The notes under the pieces are model-generated. The model was given only the letters and a program-made list of their open reading frames with translations. It had not been told where the DNA came from and searched no databases. Position numbers and translations under genes: made by a program. From the NCBI GenBank assembly GCA_038868975.1, contig JAWCSA010000002.1, positions 8,059-72,058 on the forward strand: a DNA stretch of 64,000 bases, given 5' to 3'. Positions 19,648 through 29,527 of the stretch are shown one piece after another. The number at the start of each line of letters is the position of its first letter. Positions within the stretch are counted from its first letter, which is position 1. This DNA comes from Nitrososphaerales archaeon. GTDB taxonomy: Archaea > Thermoproteota > Nitrososphaeria > Nitrososphaerales > UBA213.

Positions 19648-20031
19648 ATGGATAGCGGCGAGATAGAGGTTCCAAAGTCTATACGTCCAATAATGATGGA
19701 TAGTGCTAAAGAGACTAGGTTGGGAGAAAGGAAGGGTGCAAGGAAGCAGTACAGATACGGTAACCTGCATATACGTGAATATGATGATAAGTACGTTGTT
19801 CACATGGATAAGGTTGACCCAAGGAAAGATCCACTAGGTCACTTGCTTAAGGATTCTCCAGAAACCCTGATTGGCATTGCTTCAGGGATCTATTTTTGTG
19901 TAAAAGTGGGCAACGATATTTTTAAGAGGAAGGAGGCTGGGAAGGCGTTACTTGAAAGTGTACTTGCTGGAGGTCTGTCATCGTTAGCCATAGGTTACCT
20001 TGGCTATAGGCTTGTGAAACTGGTCAAGTGA
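19648..20031 (+). CDS. Hypothetical protein with C-terminal hydrophobic segment
   Basis: 127 aa. YRYGNLHIREYDDKYVVHMDKVDPRKDPLGHLL block. Its stop overlaps the ubiB-like start (GTGA). Confidence 0.45.
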   Translation: MDSGEIEVPKSIRPIMMDSAKETRLGERKGARKQYRYGNLHIREYDDKYVVHMDKVDPRKDPLGHLLKDSPETLIGIASGIYFCVKVGNDIFKRKEAGKALLESVLAGGLSSLAIGYLGYRLVKLVK

Positions 20032-21599
20032 TGCCTATGGCAGGTGGATCAAGAGCAAAGGGTAGAGCGATCAAGGTTGCGCTTGCGCTGTTACCAGTTG
20101 CAATCAGGTTCAAACAAGACAGGAAGGAGTGGGTTAGGAAAGAGGGCAAGAACATAGACGAGGAAAAGTTTAGGAGGAATGCAGGTAGAGCTGTAAGCAC
20201 TTTTATAAAACTCGGACCATCATTTGTGAAGCTGGGGCAGTGGCTTTCAACAAGGGCGGATCTTTTACCAGAACCATACTTGGAAGAATTTGCCAAGCTG
20301 CAGGACGATGTTCCACCTGCGTCGTTCGAGGATGTTAGAGGTATTATAGAGGAGGAGCTGGGGCCTTTGGAACAGAAGTTTGATTCCTTTGATACTAACT
20401 GTATTTCAGGTGCAAGCCTTGGTCAGGTGTACAGGGCTCGCTACAGAGATAGAGATGTTATAGTGAAGGTGAACAGGCCGCATATACACGAAATTGTAAG
20501 CAGGGATATAGAAGCGTTGAAGAGGCTTTTGCCATTGGCAATCCGCTTTGTTGATAAGAACATTGGATTTTCTGCAGAATCTATGTTCACCCAGTTCGTA
20601 GAAACTGTTTACGAGGAAATGGATTACAAGATAGAAGCTGAAAATCTGATGCGGATAAAGAAGAACCTATCAGGTGAAAGTAAAGTAATAATTCCTAATG
20701 TGTACCCTGACAGGAGCAGCAGAAGGGTTCTTACACTGGAATACATTCCTGGAGTGAAGGTTACGGATGCGAAGAAACTTGATGAGATGGGCATAGACAA
20801 AGCTAAGCTTGTTATCAGAGTTCATAGGCTTTTCTTCAAGATGCTGCTTAGACATGAGATATTTCATGCCGATCCGCATCCTGGTAACATAGCTGTTACC
20901 GATGATGGTTCACTCATACTGTATGACTTTGGTATGGTAGGAAGGCTTGACAACGAGACTAGGCTTAGACTTGTTAGACTATATCTCTCCCTGGTAGAAA
21001 AGGAACCTGCAAGAACCGTAAACGTTCTGCAAAGTCTAGGTGCTCTATCGCCAGAAGCTAACACACGTGTTATTGAAAAAGGCATAAGCTTTGCAATACA
21101 GGAAATGCATGGCAAGAAGGTCGATGAGATGGAGGTGAGGGCATTGATGGACCTTGCCAACAAAACGATGACAAGGTTTCCTTTCAGACTTCCAAAACAG
21201 CTTGCATTGTATATGAGGATGGCATCCATACTTGAAGGGATCTATCTTACGTTAAAGGTCGACTTTCAATTTGTCAAGGTGTTGAAAGGGTTGTTAGAGG
21301 AAGAGGGCTTGCTAAAGGAGGCCTATGCCGAAGAGTTTAAGGACACTTTGAACAGGTTTGCAAGGGCATTGAACGATACCATGACAGTCGCTCCGTTGAT
21401 CAAATTATATCTTGAGAACCAAAACAATGCTCATGCGAACCCAAATAGGAATGCATTGGTAGCTGGAAGCATCATTACTGCATCTGTGATAATAGGCTCA
21501 TTCATCATAATACAAACAAATCAGTTCTGGGGTCAGATCGGATTCATAGCTTCAGCTGCCATCATGGGCATGTCAATTTTGATAAACAAAAGAAGATGA
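20028..21599 (+). CDS. ubiB: UbiB/ABC1 atypical kinase family protein
   Basis: KLGQWLSTRADLLPEPYLEEFAKLQDDVPP block, kinase-like core HADPHPGNI, and C-terminal TM segments. Confidence 0.8.
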   Translation: MMPMAGGSRAKGRAIKVALALLPVAIRFKQDRKEWVRKEGKNIDEEKFRRNAGRAVSTFIKLGPSFVKLGQWLSTRADLLPEPYLEEFAKLQDDVPPASFEDVRGIIEEELGPLEQKFDSFDTNCISGASLGQVYRARYRDRDVIVKVNRPHIHEIVSRDIEALKRLLPLAIRFVDKNIGFSAESMFTQFVETVYEEMDYKIEAENLMRIKKNLSGESKVIIPNVYPDRSSRRVLTLEYIPGVKVTDAKKLDEMGIDKAKLVIRVHRLFFKMLLRHEIFHADPHPGNIAVTDDGSLILYDFGMVGRLDNETRLRLVRLYLSLVEKEPARTVNVLQSLGALSPEANTRVIEKGISFAIQEMHGKKVDEMEVRALMDLANKTMTRFPFRLPKQLALYMRMASILEGIYLTLKVDFQFVKVLKGLLEEEGLLKEAYAEEFKDTLNRFARALNDTMTVAPLIKLYLENQNNAHANPNRNALVAGSIITASVIIGSFIIIQTNQFWGQIGFIASAAIMGMSILINKRR

Positions 21600-21983
21600 T
21601 CATTGTATAGCTATTGTGCCACCGCTTATCGGTATGCGGATTTCAAGTACTCCATTGGCGTACTTGGCCTTTCCAAGTGCCTCCTCACCTTCCTTGATCT
21701 TCATCGGTAAATGTATCTTCTTTTCAATCTTCAACGGCCTCTGCTGCCAGTAGGAAGTTCCAGCATGCTCAATCGGTTCCCTTGCCGCAGTAATTGAGAG
21801 CGTGCTGTCATTTATCTTGAGGGTTATATTCTTCTTGTCAAATCCAGCAAGGTCAGCGACTATAAGAAGTTCATTCCCATCTTCTACAATATCAACTGGT
21901 GGTGAGACAAATTCGAAGAACTCTCTGGACTTGCTACCCATCTCCCTGATGATCTCCTTGACCACGTATCTTCCAAATCCCAT
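21600..21983 (-). CDS. hsp20: Small heat-shock protein (Hsp20/alpha-crystallin)
   Basis: PVDIVEDGNELLIVADLAGFDKKNITLKI...AKYANGVLEIRIP. Confidence 0.8.
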   Translation of the reverse strand: MGFGRYVVKEIIREMGSKSREFFEFVSPPVDIVEDGNELLIVADLAGFDKKNITLKINDSTLSITAAREPIEHAGTSYWQQRPLKIEKKIHLPMKIKEGEEALGKAKYANGVLEIRIPISGGTIAIQ

Positions 21984-22042
21984 GAAATATTTTAGTCTTT
22001 GTCAGATATATGTTTTAATCTTACCAGGCCCTTCATTACACC

Positions 22043-22243
22043 GTGAAGTTCAAACAAGAATTGCTTTTAGGCGGTGCACTGTTCTCATGGCTAATGGTAT
22101 TTATTGCATGGCGATTTGCATATAGCCTAGAAATCATAGTGGATTGGGCAATATTGGCACTTGCCCTCTCCTTCATCTATGGATTGCTACTTTACAGGAA
22201 TAATGCTAGAAGATCCATGCAAAATCCAGAGGCAATGAGGTAG
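22043..22243 (+). CDS. Small hypothetical membrane protein
   Basis: 66 aa with two hydrophobic stretches. No motif. Confidence 0.3.
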   Translation: MKFKQELLLGGALFSWLMVFIAWRFAYSLEIIVDWAILALALSFIYGLLLYRNNARRSMQNPEAMR

Positions 22244-22321
22244 TTGTTGTCCATAGTTAACCAACGCTGCTAAACTTTATGACTTGTGAATTAATATGAC
22301 AGATAGATAAGATTAAAGTGC

Positions 22322-22801
22322 ATGCGAAGGAATATTTCTAAAAAGAAGATTGTTGTTATAGCTGCTACAACGATAGTCGGAGTTTCGGCATTCTTGGCAT
22401 ATTTCGGCATAGAAGCTGCAAAGAATCTAGATGTTTACATGCACGATTCTACCATGATATCGAAAGATAGCCAGCAAACGAAATACGATGCAAGGATACA
22501 GTTTATCAACAACAGCTTTGTGCCCTTGAGCATTGGTGATACAAGTTACAGCATAAGCGTTAATGGGGAGTTTCTCGGAACTGGGAAGATAAAGCCCTTC
22601 ATAATAGGTCCCTATGGCACAGTAGTTGTTGAGTCAGAATTTACGGGTATAAATGAAGTGCTAGACCGCTATGATGGAAAGATACCGCATGAGCAGACGC
22701 AGCTAACTGGCAAGAGCAACTACAGTTTGTACTTGACTACTCTGGATGTGCCATTCAATCATAACCCTACTGAAGATCAGGTGAAGAAGTTCAGCAAGTA
22801 G
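22322..22801 (+). CDS. Membrane-anchored LEA_2/WHy-like beta-sandwich protein
   Basis: N-terminal TM anchor followed by a pattern like that of the ORF at 26746..27267 (..F.N.N..PL.I....Y.I..NG..LG.G). Confidence 0.4.
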   Translation: MRRNISKKKIVVIAATTIVGVSAFLAYFGIEAAKNLDVYMHDSTMISKDSQQTKYDARIQFINNSFVPLSIGDTSYSISVNGEFLGTGKIKPFIIGPYGTVVVESEFTGINEVLDRYDGKIPHEQTQLTGKSNYSLYLTTLDVPFNHNPTEDQVKKFSK

Positions 22802-22818
22802 TTTTTATTTCCATTTTA

Positions 22819-23736
22819 ATGATATATCGTGTGCTAAAAGGAATAATCGACAGATCGCGTCTGGTAACTGATGTGGATTTCTCTCTACTTGTAAAAAACA
22901 CTTCTACCATGCAGGCGCAGGAGAGGCAGGGTGGAATGTCGGGCGATTCCATTGTTAAAGAAGGTCTTGTTAGAATCAAGAAAGGAAGAAAATTGATATT
23001 TGTGGGAGATCTGCATGGCGATATAGATAGTTTAGCTGTTATACTGCAGAAGAGTGGTTTCTTGAACGACCTCTCAAGCATAATAGTATTCTTGGGTGAT
23101 TATGGAGATAGGGGCGCTGAGTCTGTTGAGGTATACTACGTAATACTTTACCTGAAGACAAGGTTCCCGGACCGTGTCATACTTATGCGTGGCAACCATG
23201 AGGGCCCTGAAAGCATGCCTTTCTACCCCCACGATCTGCCAGATCAATGTCTAACTAAATTTAGCAGCAGTGGTGAACAGATCTATTCACAACTACGTTC
23301 GCTGTTCGACCTGATGTACCATGCCGTCATTCTGGAAAACTCGTACTTGATACTGCATGGAGGTGTTCCAGTTAATTTTGAAACAGTTAACGATCTTGCG
23401 TATGCTAGTAAGACAAATAGTGAGACAAAGCATCTAGAGGAAATACTATGGAATGATCCTAGAGAGATTGAGGGTTCTGAGCCATCCGCAAGAGGATACG
23501 GAAAGTACTTCGGTAAGGATGTTACGGAAAGGGCATTGCGACTAGTCAACGCAAGAGCGCTGATAAGGGCACATGAGGTGTGCAATGGATTCAAGGTGAA
23601 CCACGATGGCCGGGTCCTTACAATATTTTCCTGCAAGGCACCATATGGCAACCGTGATGCTGCATACCTTGTCGTTAATAGGAACAGCTACAACCTTAAT
23701 GCAGATGAACTCTCAAGAACAGTAGAATTAATCTAA
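22819..23736 (+). CDS. PPP-family Ser/Thr protein phosphatase (metallophosphoesterase)
   Basis: GDLHGD, GDYGDRG and RGNHE motifs. The exact start is uncertain. Confidence 0.8.
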   Translation: MIYRVLKGIIDRSRLVTDVDFSLLVKNTSTMQAQERQGGMSGDSIVKEGLVRIKKGRKLIFVGDLHGDIDSLAVILQKSGFLNDLSSIIVFLGDYGDRGAESVEVYYVILYLKTRFPDRVILMRGNHEGPESMPFYPHDLPDQCLTKFSSSGEQIYSQLRSLFDLMYHAVILENSYLILHGGVPVNFETVNDLAYASKTNSETKHLEEILWNDPREIEGSEPSARGYGKYFGKDVTERALRLVNARALIRAHEVCNGFKVNHDGRVLTIFSCKAPYGNRDAAYLVVNRNSYNLNADELSRTVELI

Positions 23737-23760
23737 GAGTGTTCTGAAGGGTTTGGGGAG

Positions 23761-24348
23761 ATGCTTCTAGTAATAGAGGGAAGTGATAAGGCTGGCAAGG
23801 CAACACAGACACAATTGCTAAAGGAGGATCTGGAGAGGAGGGGAGTTAGTGTTGGTACGCTAGCGTTTCCGGTGTATAACACAAAGATAGGTGAAGAGAT
23901 CAGAGCCTTTCTACATGGAGAAAGGAATTACAGCGCACAGGTCAGGCATATGTTACTGTCGGCAAATAGGTGGGAGATGAGAGATGTAATAGAAAAGATG
24001 TTAAGGGAGAACAATATTGTGATACTGAACAGGTATTACCAATCGAACCTAGTTTACGGTTTAGCCAGTGGCTTAAAGTTGGAATGGTTAAGTGTATTGG
24101 ATGAAGGGCTGCCAAAGGAAGATGTTGTTATAGTGCTTGATGTTCCTGCGGAGGTTTCTATACAGAGGATGGCAACCAAGGGAGATATCTTTGAGATGAG
24201 TGACGATATCATGCACAAAGTACCGCAATTGTACAGAGAACTTGCTCGCAAGTATGGATGGATCTTGGTTAATGGCGATAAAAGTAGGGAAGACGTGCAC
24301 CGGGAAATTATGAGTATTGTAGAGGATGTGACGGAACAAAAACATTAA
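23761..24348 (+). CDS. tmk: Thymidylate kinase
   Basis: P-loop VIEGSDKAGKATQ, 195 aa, typical dTMP kinase length. Confidence 0.75.
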   Translation: MLLVIEGSDKAGKATQTQLLKEDLERRGVSVGTLAFPVYNTKIGEEIRAFLHGERNYSAQVRHMLLSANRWEMRDVIEKMLRENNIVILNRYYQSNLVYGLASGLKLEWLSVLDEGLPKEDVVIVLDVPAEVSIQRMATKGDIFEMSDDIMHKVPQLYRELARKYGWILVNGDKSREDVHREIMSIVEDVTEQKH

Positions 24349-24373
24349 GACTGTATGGCATCATGTATCTAGC

Positions 24374-25666
24374 ATGGTCATTACTGCTGTAAGTGAGATA
24401 AACGATCCCATCCATGGTTACGTGTACCTTTCCGAGGTGGAACGGGAGGTAATTGATACGTATGTGTTTCAAAGGTTGAGAAGGATAAGACAACTTGCAG
24501 GAGCTCATTTGACATATCCTTCTGCGCAACACTCAAGGTTCGAGCACTCCCTTGGTGTGATGCATGTAGCGGGTCTTGCTGGGAATGTCCTGGTGAATAA
24601 GGGCTATCTTGACGAAGATAAAGTTCAGATCCTTCGCCTAGCGGCATTGTTGCATGATGTGGGTCATGGACCATTTTCCCATCTGTTTGAAGAGGTGATG
24701 GCTGAGCGGAGTAATGTTACACATGAAGACCTAGGTAGAAAAATAATACAGCAAACCGAGCTCAGAGATATTGTATCAAAATATGGTTTCAGTGCAAAAT
24801 CTATCAGCAGGCTCTCCTTTGGCGAATCAAAAGTATCGTTTCTTAACGAAATAATTGCGGGCGGGTTAAGCGCAGATATAATGGATTACCTTCAGAGAGA
24901 CGCTTACTTCACGGGGGCAGAGTATGGAAAGGTCGATGCCGAGCGCATAATAAGTTCGTTTGAGGTATACAACAACAAGTTGGCTCTAGACAAGGCTGCC
25001 TTGTATTCATTTGAATCTATGATGATATCTAGATATGAGATGTTCAAAGCTGTTTACTTTCACAAAACTGTGCGTGCTGCAGAGGTGATGATCTTGCGCT
25101 CGATGATGCTTGCAGACGAAGAGCTGCATCTAACTGACGCTTCTTTGGAAGGTTATCTGGAACTGACAGACGATGCCACGATGGTTCGGTTGGCCAATTT
25201 AAGGCCCAAAGATGCGCAGCTAGAACTTGCAGCAAAACTGGCTAGAGACTACAGAGACAGAAAGCTGCTTAAATGCGTCTTCGAAAAGATCTTGCATAAA
25301 AGTGACGATATAGTTAGGAAGGTTTTCAGCAAGAAATTACTGAGGAGTATGACCGAAGAAATTGCCGATATCTCTAATGTGGATCCCAATACTATTTACA
25401 TAGATGTTTCCAAAGCACCTTCTGTACCACTAACTCCTACCAAGGAAGAGCTTGGTGCCATAGTGTTGGTGGGCAAAGACGCAAGGGGCAAGAAGGTCCA
25501 TCTCGTTCTTCCTATAAGAGAAATCCCTTTGATAAGCTCGATCTCTGGATTCATGGATATGATAAGAGTTTACACTACAGTAGAGAGCAGGGCAAATGTT
25601 GAGAGGGCTGTAAAAAAGGTTTTAGGCACAGGCGTGGAGTCATGGTATGAAAGGGTCAGCATGTAG
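24374..25666 (+). CDS. HD-domain phosphohydrolase (SAMHD1/dNTPase-like, COG1078-type)
   Basis: RFEHSLGVMHVA...LLHDVGHGPFSH...DIMDYLQRD. Confidence 0.75.
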   Translation: MVITAVSEINDPIHGYVYLSEVEREVIDTYVFQRLRRIRQLAGAHLTYPSAQHSRFEHSLGVMHVAGLAGNVLVNKGYLDEDKVQILRLAALLHDVGHGPFSHLFEEVMAERSNVTHEDLGRKIIQQTELRDIVSKYGFSAKSISRLSFGESKVSFLNEIIAGGLSADIMDYLQRDAYFTGAEYGKVDAERIISSFEVYNNKLALDKAALYSFESMMISRYEMFKAVYFHKTVRAAEVMILRSMMLADEELHLTDASLEGYLELTDDATMVRLANLRPKDAQLELAAKLARDYRDRKLLKCVFEKILHKSDDIVRKVFSKKLLRSMTEEIADISNVDPNTIYIDVSKAPSVPLTPTKEELGAIVLVGKDARGKKVHLVLPIREIPLISSISGFMDMIRVYTTVESRANVERAVKKVLGTGVESWYERVSM

Positions 25667-25672
25667 GTGCAT

Positions 25673-26353
25673 ATGATGAGGAAACGCGTTGTAATTAAAT
25701 TGAGCGGGAGCGTGTTTGGCGAAAATGCAAGCAGGCAGTCACTCTTGAAGTATGCAAAGATGCTGAAATCTCTTAGCAAAAGGATGCAACTGGTTGTTGT
25801 TGCAGGTGGTGGGCATATTGCTAGATACTACATAAAGCTTGGACGTGATCTTGGAATTGATGAAGCCAGTTTGGACGAATTGGGCATCGAGGTCTCACGA
25901 CTGAACGCACAGGTACTTTCATATGCCTTGGGAAAGGCAGCCTATTCGCATATACCAAAGAACTTGCATGAAGTGGTTGTTGCGGTGGAAAGTGGTAAGA
26001 TAGTCGTCACAGGTGGGTTGCATCCTGGTCAGAGCACTAACGCAACATCTGCCCAGATAGCCGAGAAGATTGGGGCGAGTATGTTCATAAACGCCACCGA
26101 TGTAGATGGAATCTATACGGCTGATCCTAATAAATACAAGAACGCAAAGTTATTGCGAACAATAAATGTTCAGGATCTAAGGGGTATGCTTGCCCATGAA
26201 AGTGCCCAAGCTGGTGCATACGATCTGATGGACCTGGTTGCGTTGAAAGTGATAGAAAGATCTAAGCTTCATACAAGGGTCGTGAAATCAGAACCAGATG
26301 TTATAAAACGGGCTGCTGAAGGATCCAGTATTGGAACCTTGATACTTATTTGA
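25673..26353 (+). CDS. pyrH: Uridylate (UMP) kinase, archaeal type
   Basis: VVIKLSGSVF N-terminus, amino-acid-kinase fold blocks GGG..AR and TDVDGIYTADP. Confidence 0.8.
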   Translation: MMRKRVVIKLSGSVFGENASRQSLLKYAKMLKSLSKRMQLVVVAGGGHIARYYIKLGRDLGIDEASLDELGIEVSRLNAQVLSYALGKAAYSHIPKNLHEVVVAVESGKIVVTGGLHPGQSTNATSAQIAEKIGASMFINATDVDGIYTADPNKYKNAKLLRTINVQDLRGMLAHESAQAGAYDLMDLVALKVIERSKLHTRVVKSEPDVIKRAAEGSSIGTLILI

Positions 26354-26666
26354 CAACCTTCGCCTCTCCCTTGAACTCATCGAATCCATCTTTAAGCATC
26401 CTTTCAAACATTTGCTGTGCACTATCTCTTGGCAAAGGTTTCGTCTGAGCTTTTGCATAGCCGTCTGAATCGCATATGATAACAATCATGTTACCATCGT
26501 TGGTCTCTTCTATGGTTACTAACTCCTCCTCCCCAACAGGTTCAAATTCGTTGTCAACTTGTTTGACTGTCTTTGTAAGAAAAGCAAATCCAGAATATTT
26601 GAACAATTTATGCTGAGCCTTTCTTGCTCTCTCCTGTCCTGTAAGAGCTGCTTGATGATATTGCAT
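26346..26666 (-). CDS. Hypothetical protein
   Basis: 106-aa ORF with no recognisable motif. Coding-like composition. Confidence 0.4.
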   Translation of the reverse strand: MQYHQAALTGQERARKAQHKLFKYSGFAFLTKTVKQVDNEFEPVGEEELVTIEETNDGNMIVIICDSDGYAKAQTKPLPRDSAQQMFERMLKDGFDEFKGEAKVVK

Positions 26667-26745
26667 ACGTTTTTTTATTTTTCAACATGTATAAGCCTTT
26701 CATGATCGTGAAAGCTTTAAATCGCTTGGTGAAGTGGTTTAATAT

Positions 26746-27267
26746 ATGCTTACCAGAGGAATTATAGGTGCCATAGCTGGTGGTGTAGTCGTTGTTATTC
26801 TGTTCTTCGTAATGACAACTACTGGTCTTTTGCGGGCACCATCACAGGGTCAGGAATTTGTATCAATGGACGTTGTGCTAAATCTAAACAGCGTAAGGGT
26901 TGTCTCAGTAGATGAAGAGAAAGCTGTGATAGTAGTTGCATTTGATGCTTTTAACCCCAACAGGAATGCTGTGGTTCTAGAATCTATACAGTATAGCCTT
27001 TATGCCGACGGAATGAAACTAGCCACTTCTGAGATAGGCGAAAGGGCAGAGGGCTTCATAACCGGCACGGGCAAGACATTTACCATGTATAGCCAGTTTT
27101 CTGTTACCCTTAGGGACAGAGTGGAAGTAAAAAAATCTCAATTTCTCCTGCCGTTATGGGAGGATCTAAAGAATGGAAGCGTTCAGTGGCGTGTTAGCGG
27201 TACGTCCTTCGTGACAGATCCAGTAAGGGCAGGTGGACAGGAACTAAACTTCGATTTTACTGCTTGA
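26746..27267 (+). CDS. Membrane-anchored LEA_2/WHy-like protein (paralog-like of 22322..22801)
   Basis: N-terminal TM, then VVAFDAFNPNRNAVVLESIQYSLYADGMKLATSEIG, typical of LEA14/WHy domains. Confidence 0.45.
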   Translation: MLTRGIIGAIAGGVVVVILFFVMTTTGLLRAPSQGQEFVSMDVVLNLNSVRVVSVDEEKAVIVVAFDAFNPNRNAVVLESIQYSLYADGMKLATSEIGERAEGFITGTGKTFTMYSQFSVTLRDRVEVKKSQFLLPLWEDLKNGSVQWRVSGTSFVTDPVRAGGQELNFDFTA

Positions 27268-27271
27268 CCAG

Positions 27272-27922
27272 CTAATGCTTCTTGAATCCGAGCAATCTCT
27301 CTAATGTTAAATTACTATACTTTTTCTGCTGTATGTAGCATCGTTCATAATAAGGACATGTTTGACACATTTCTGATGGTTCTAGTATGGGAACCTTCTC
27401 CTCTGTAAGGAGTGTGTTCAGAACCCTTGCTCGCCTAACTGTTTCTTCAAACATTTGCTTGTCCCTAGTAAACGCAAATTCCACCGACTTGCCATCGTTG
27501 GTCATGTAAACAAGAACACCTTCCATCTTTTGAAAAATCCACAGGTTTGCATTCAGGTGTAGAAGATCTTTTGGATTGGGAGTCTTTGGCAACCTATCCA
27601 CAATTACAAATCTAATAACTACATCATCAACAATTGTATCGGCACTATCCACAAGTAAGAGCCCTGAATCTATGCTGTATTCTGCGGTTGTGACTCCCTT
27701 TATTGACTTTCGTATGCCAGTGCTTATTATTGTAGAGACCTTCTGCGCACTCGTTGGGAGAAGGGGGTTCCTTCTATCATAGTATGACCGCCGCAGACAA
27801 GTTATTACTTCCTTTACATGTATCCTCTTGTTATCGGTCTTATCAATCTGTGAATCAAAATCACGATAGATATCATCCACTGCTCTAAGTATAATATCCC
27901 TAAGGTTTCTGTCTCCGAGCAT
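27272..27922 (-). CDS. Cas4-like / PD-(D/E)XK-fold protein with C-terminal CX2CX5C cysteine cluster
   Basis: An N-terminal Cys (VITCLRRSYYD) plus C-terminal CQTCPYYERC matches the Cas4/DUF83 4-Cys spacing. The nuclease motifs are not clearly seen by eye. Confidence 0.4.
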   Translation of the reverse strand: MLGDRNLRDIILRAVDDIYRDFDSQIDKTDNKRIHVKEVITCLRRSYYDRRNPLLPTSAQKVSTIISTGIRKSIKGVTTAEYSIDSGLLLVDSADTIVDDVVIRFVIVDRLPKTPNPKDLLHLNANLWIFQKMEGVLVYMTNDGKSVEFAFTRDKQMFEETVRRARVLNTLLTEEKVPILEPSEMCQTCPYYERCYIQQKKYSNLTLERLLGFKKH

Positions 27923-28195
27923 GCGTTATACAAATGGTCTTGTTTAAATAATTGTTATGCACGTATAGCTCATAGAATATGATTTAATCTAATATGTAAT
28001 TCTAATGCAATTATCTGCTTTATATAAAACTGTGAAAATTCTATTATTCACAATACATAATCTGTGTTAACTATTAAAAATAGGTAATAATTAGTTTGTG
28101 AGAAAATTGTAATAATTTGTAAAAAGATCGGCAGATTTTAATATCGTAGCTGTTATCAAAAAGAGGTGAGGTCAAAACTGTTGCAAACAAAAGGT

Positions 28196-28882
28196 ATGTC
28201 GAAACCAAGTCTAGCTATATTTGATACCTTCAAGACCAGACGTAACAAGTTCACGGGAGAGGCAAAAAGACAACGTGGTATTATAGCACACCTTGCCATG
28301 GAGTCCAATCCTGAACTGAAGACAAGGACCGCAATTGCTCATGTAATAGCCGAAAAGCATGGCATTTTGTGGCAAAACATCTATTCTGGGATATTCAGGG
28401 ATCTGGATGAAGTTCTGATTCCATTGTCTATTGTAAAAGAAGGCGGAAGGCTACCGTTAAGGAGGGGGCCACGGGCGTTGCAGCAAGAAGGTGTGCCGTA
28501 TTACGAGCTTACGGAAGCAGGTTTGCTGGTTTCGTCAACATTGGAAGAGCTTGGAGATGGCAGGATAAGAATGTTGGAGAGATACCTTGATACATTATCT
28601 ATCAACGATCATGAACAGAAACTTTTGAAGGATGGCATATTGTTGCTATTAAAGTTCGCGCCATCATTTGTCTTTAAGATAATAAATGAATACATAATTT
28701 CATACACGGAAGGAGTTATCGCAGACATGGATCCGTTAGATGTTAAGAAGATGCGGGCTATAGTTTCCAATGTGATAGGTGTTGAAAAAGAACTTGTAGA
28801 GGCTTTCACATCAATGTCTAACGATGACCAAAGTACGGTTTCTAGGTTCATCAAGACAATAAGCCAGGCTTTGGATCAGTAA
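28196..28882 (+). CDS. Hypothetical protein preceding the ATPase operon
   Basis: About 228 aa from ATG 28196, with no motif recognised. It follows a ~240-bp very AT-rich spacer. Confidence 0.45.
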   Translation: MSKPSLAIFDTFKTRRNKFTGEAKRQRGIIAHLAMESNPELKTRTAIAHVIAEKHGILWQNIYSGIFRDLDEVLIPLSIVKEGGRLPLRRGPRALQQEGVPYYELTEAGLLVSSTLEELGDGRIRMLERYLDTLSINDHEQKLLKDGILLLLKFAPSFVFKIINEYIISYTEGVIADMDPLDVKKMRAIVSNVIGVEKELVEAFTSMSNDDQSTVSRFIKTISQALDQ

Positions 28883-28916
28883 GGTTAAAATGCTGTAGAT
28901 TTGTGCTTTGCGCTAT

Positions 28917-29522
28917 ATGGATACTCCTGCTCTTGAACGAACGATTACAAAGGTTTTATCTCAGGCTGAAAGTGATATGATCTCAAAAATTGATAGCGCG
29001 TATGAAGATGCTGTTAATAGATTAATCTCTTCAAAGAATGCGATAGAATCAGATTACAGTAGGATAATAGAAGGTGCAAGGAAGCAGGCAGAAAACCTGA
29101 AGAGGCAGATAGTAGGTAGCAGTAGGCTTTCTGCACGGAACAAGCAACTTTTGTTGGTAGAGGAGGCTGTAACAAGGGCCTTTGAAAAGGCCAAGGCAAA
29201 TATAGACTCTATTAGGGAAAGTGAAAAGTATGTTTTCATGATGAAGAAACTTCTTGAAGATGGTCTGAAAGCCGTAAACGTAGAAGAGGTTGTTATTGAA
29301 TGCAACGCGAAGGACAAGAATGTTGTAAAGAAGATAGCGTCCGAGCTCGAGCGAAATACGAAAGTGAGGATGCAGGTTAGTGAGGAGGCTATAAGCACAC
29401 TCGGTGGTGTAAGGGTAAAGTCCAAAGATGGTTCAGTAGTTTACGATAACACGCTTGATTCCAGGATAGAGCGCCTGAAACCCATAATAAGGAAGGATAT
29501 TGCAATGATGTTCATAAAGTGA
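28917..29522 (+). CDS. atpE: A/V-type ATP synthase subunit E
   Basis: Coiled-coil N-terminus and C-terminal [25 protein letters not shown] block. Confidence 0.75.
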   Translation: MDTPALERTITKVLSQAESDMISKIDSAYEDAVNRLISSKNAIESDYSRIIEGARKQAENLKRQIVGSSRLSARNKQLLLVEEAVTRAFEKAKANIDSIRESEKYVFMMKKLLEDGLKAVNVEEVVIECNAKDKNVVKKIASELERNTKVRMQVSEEAISTLGGVRVKSKDGSVVYDNTLDSRIERLKPIIRKDIAMMFIK

Positions 29523-29527
29523 TATGC

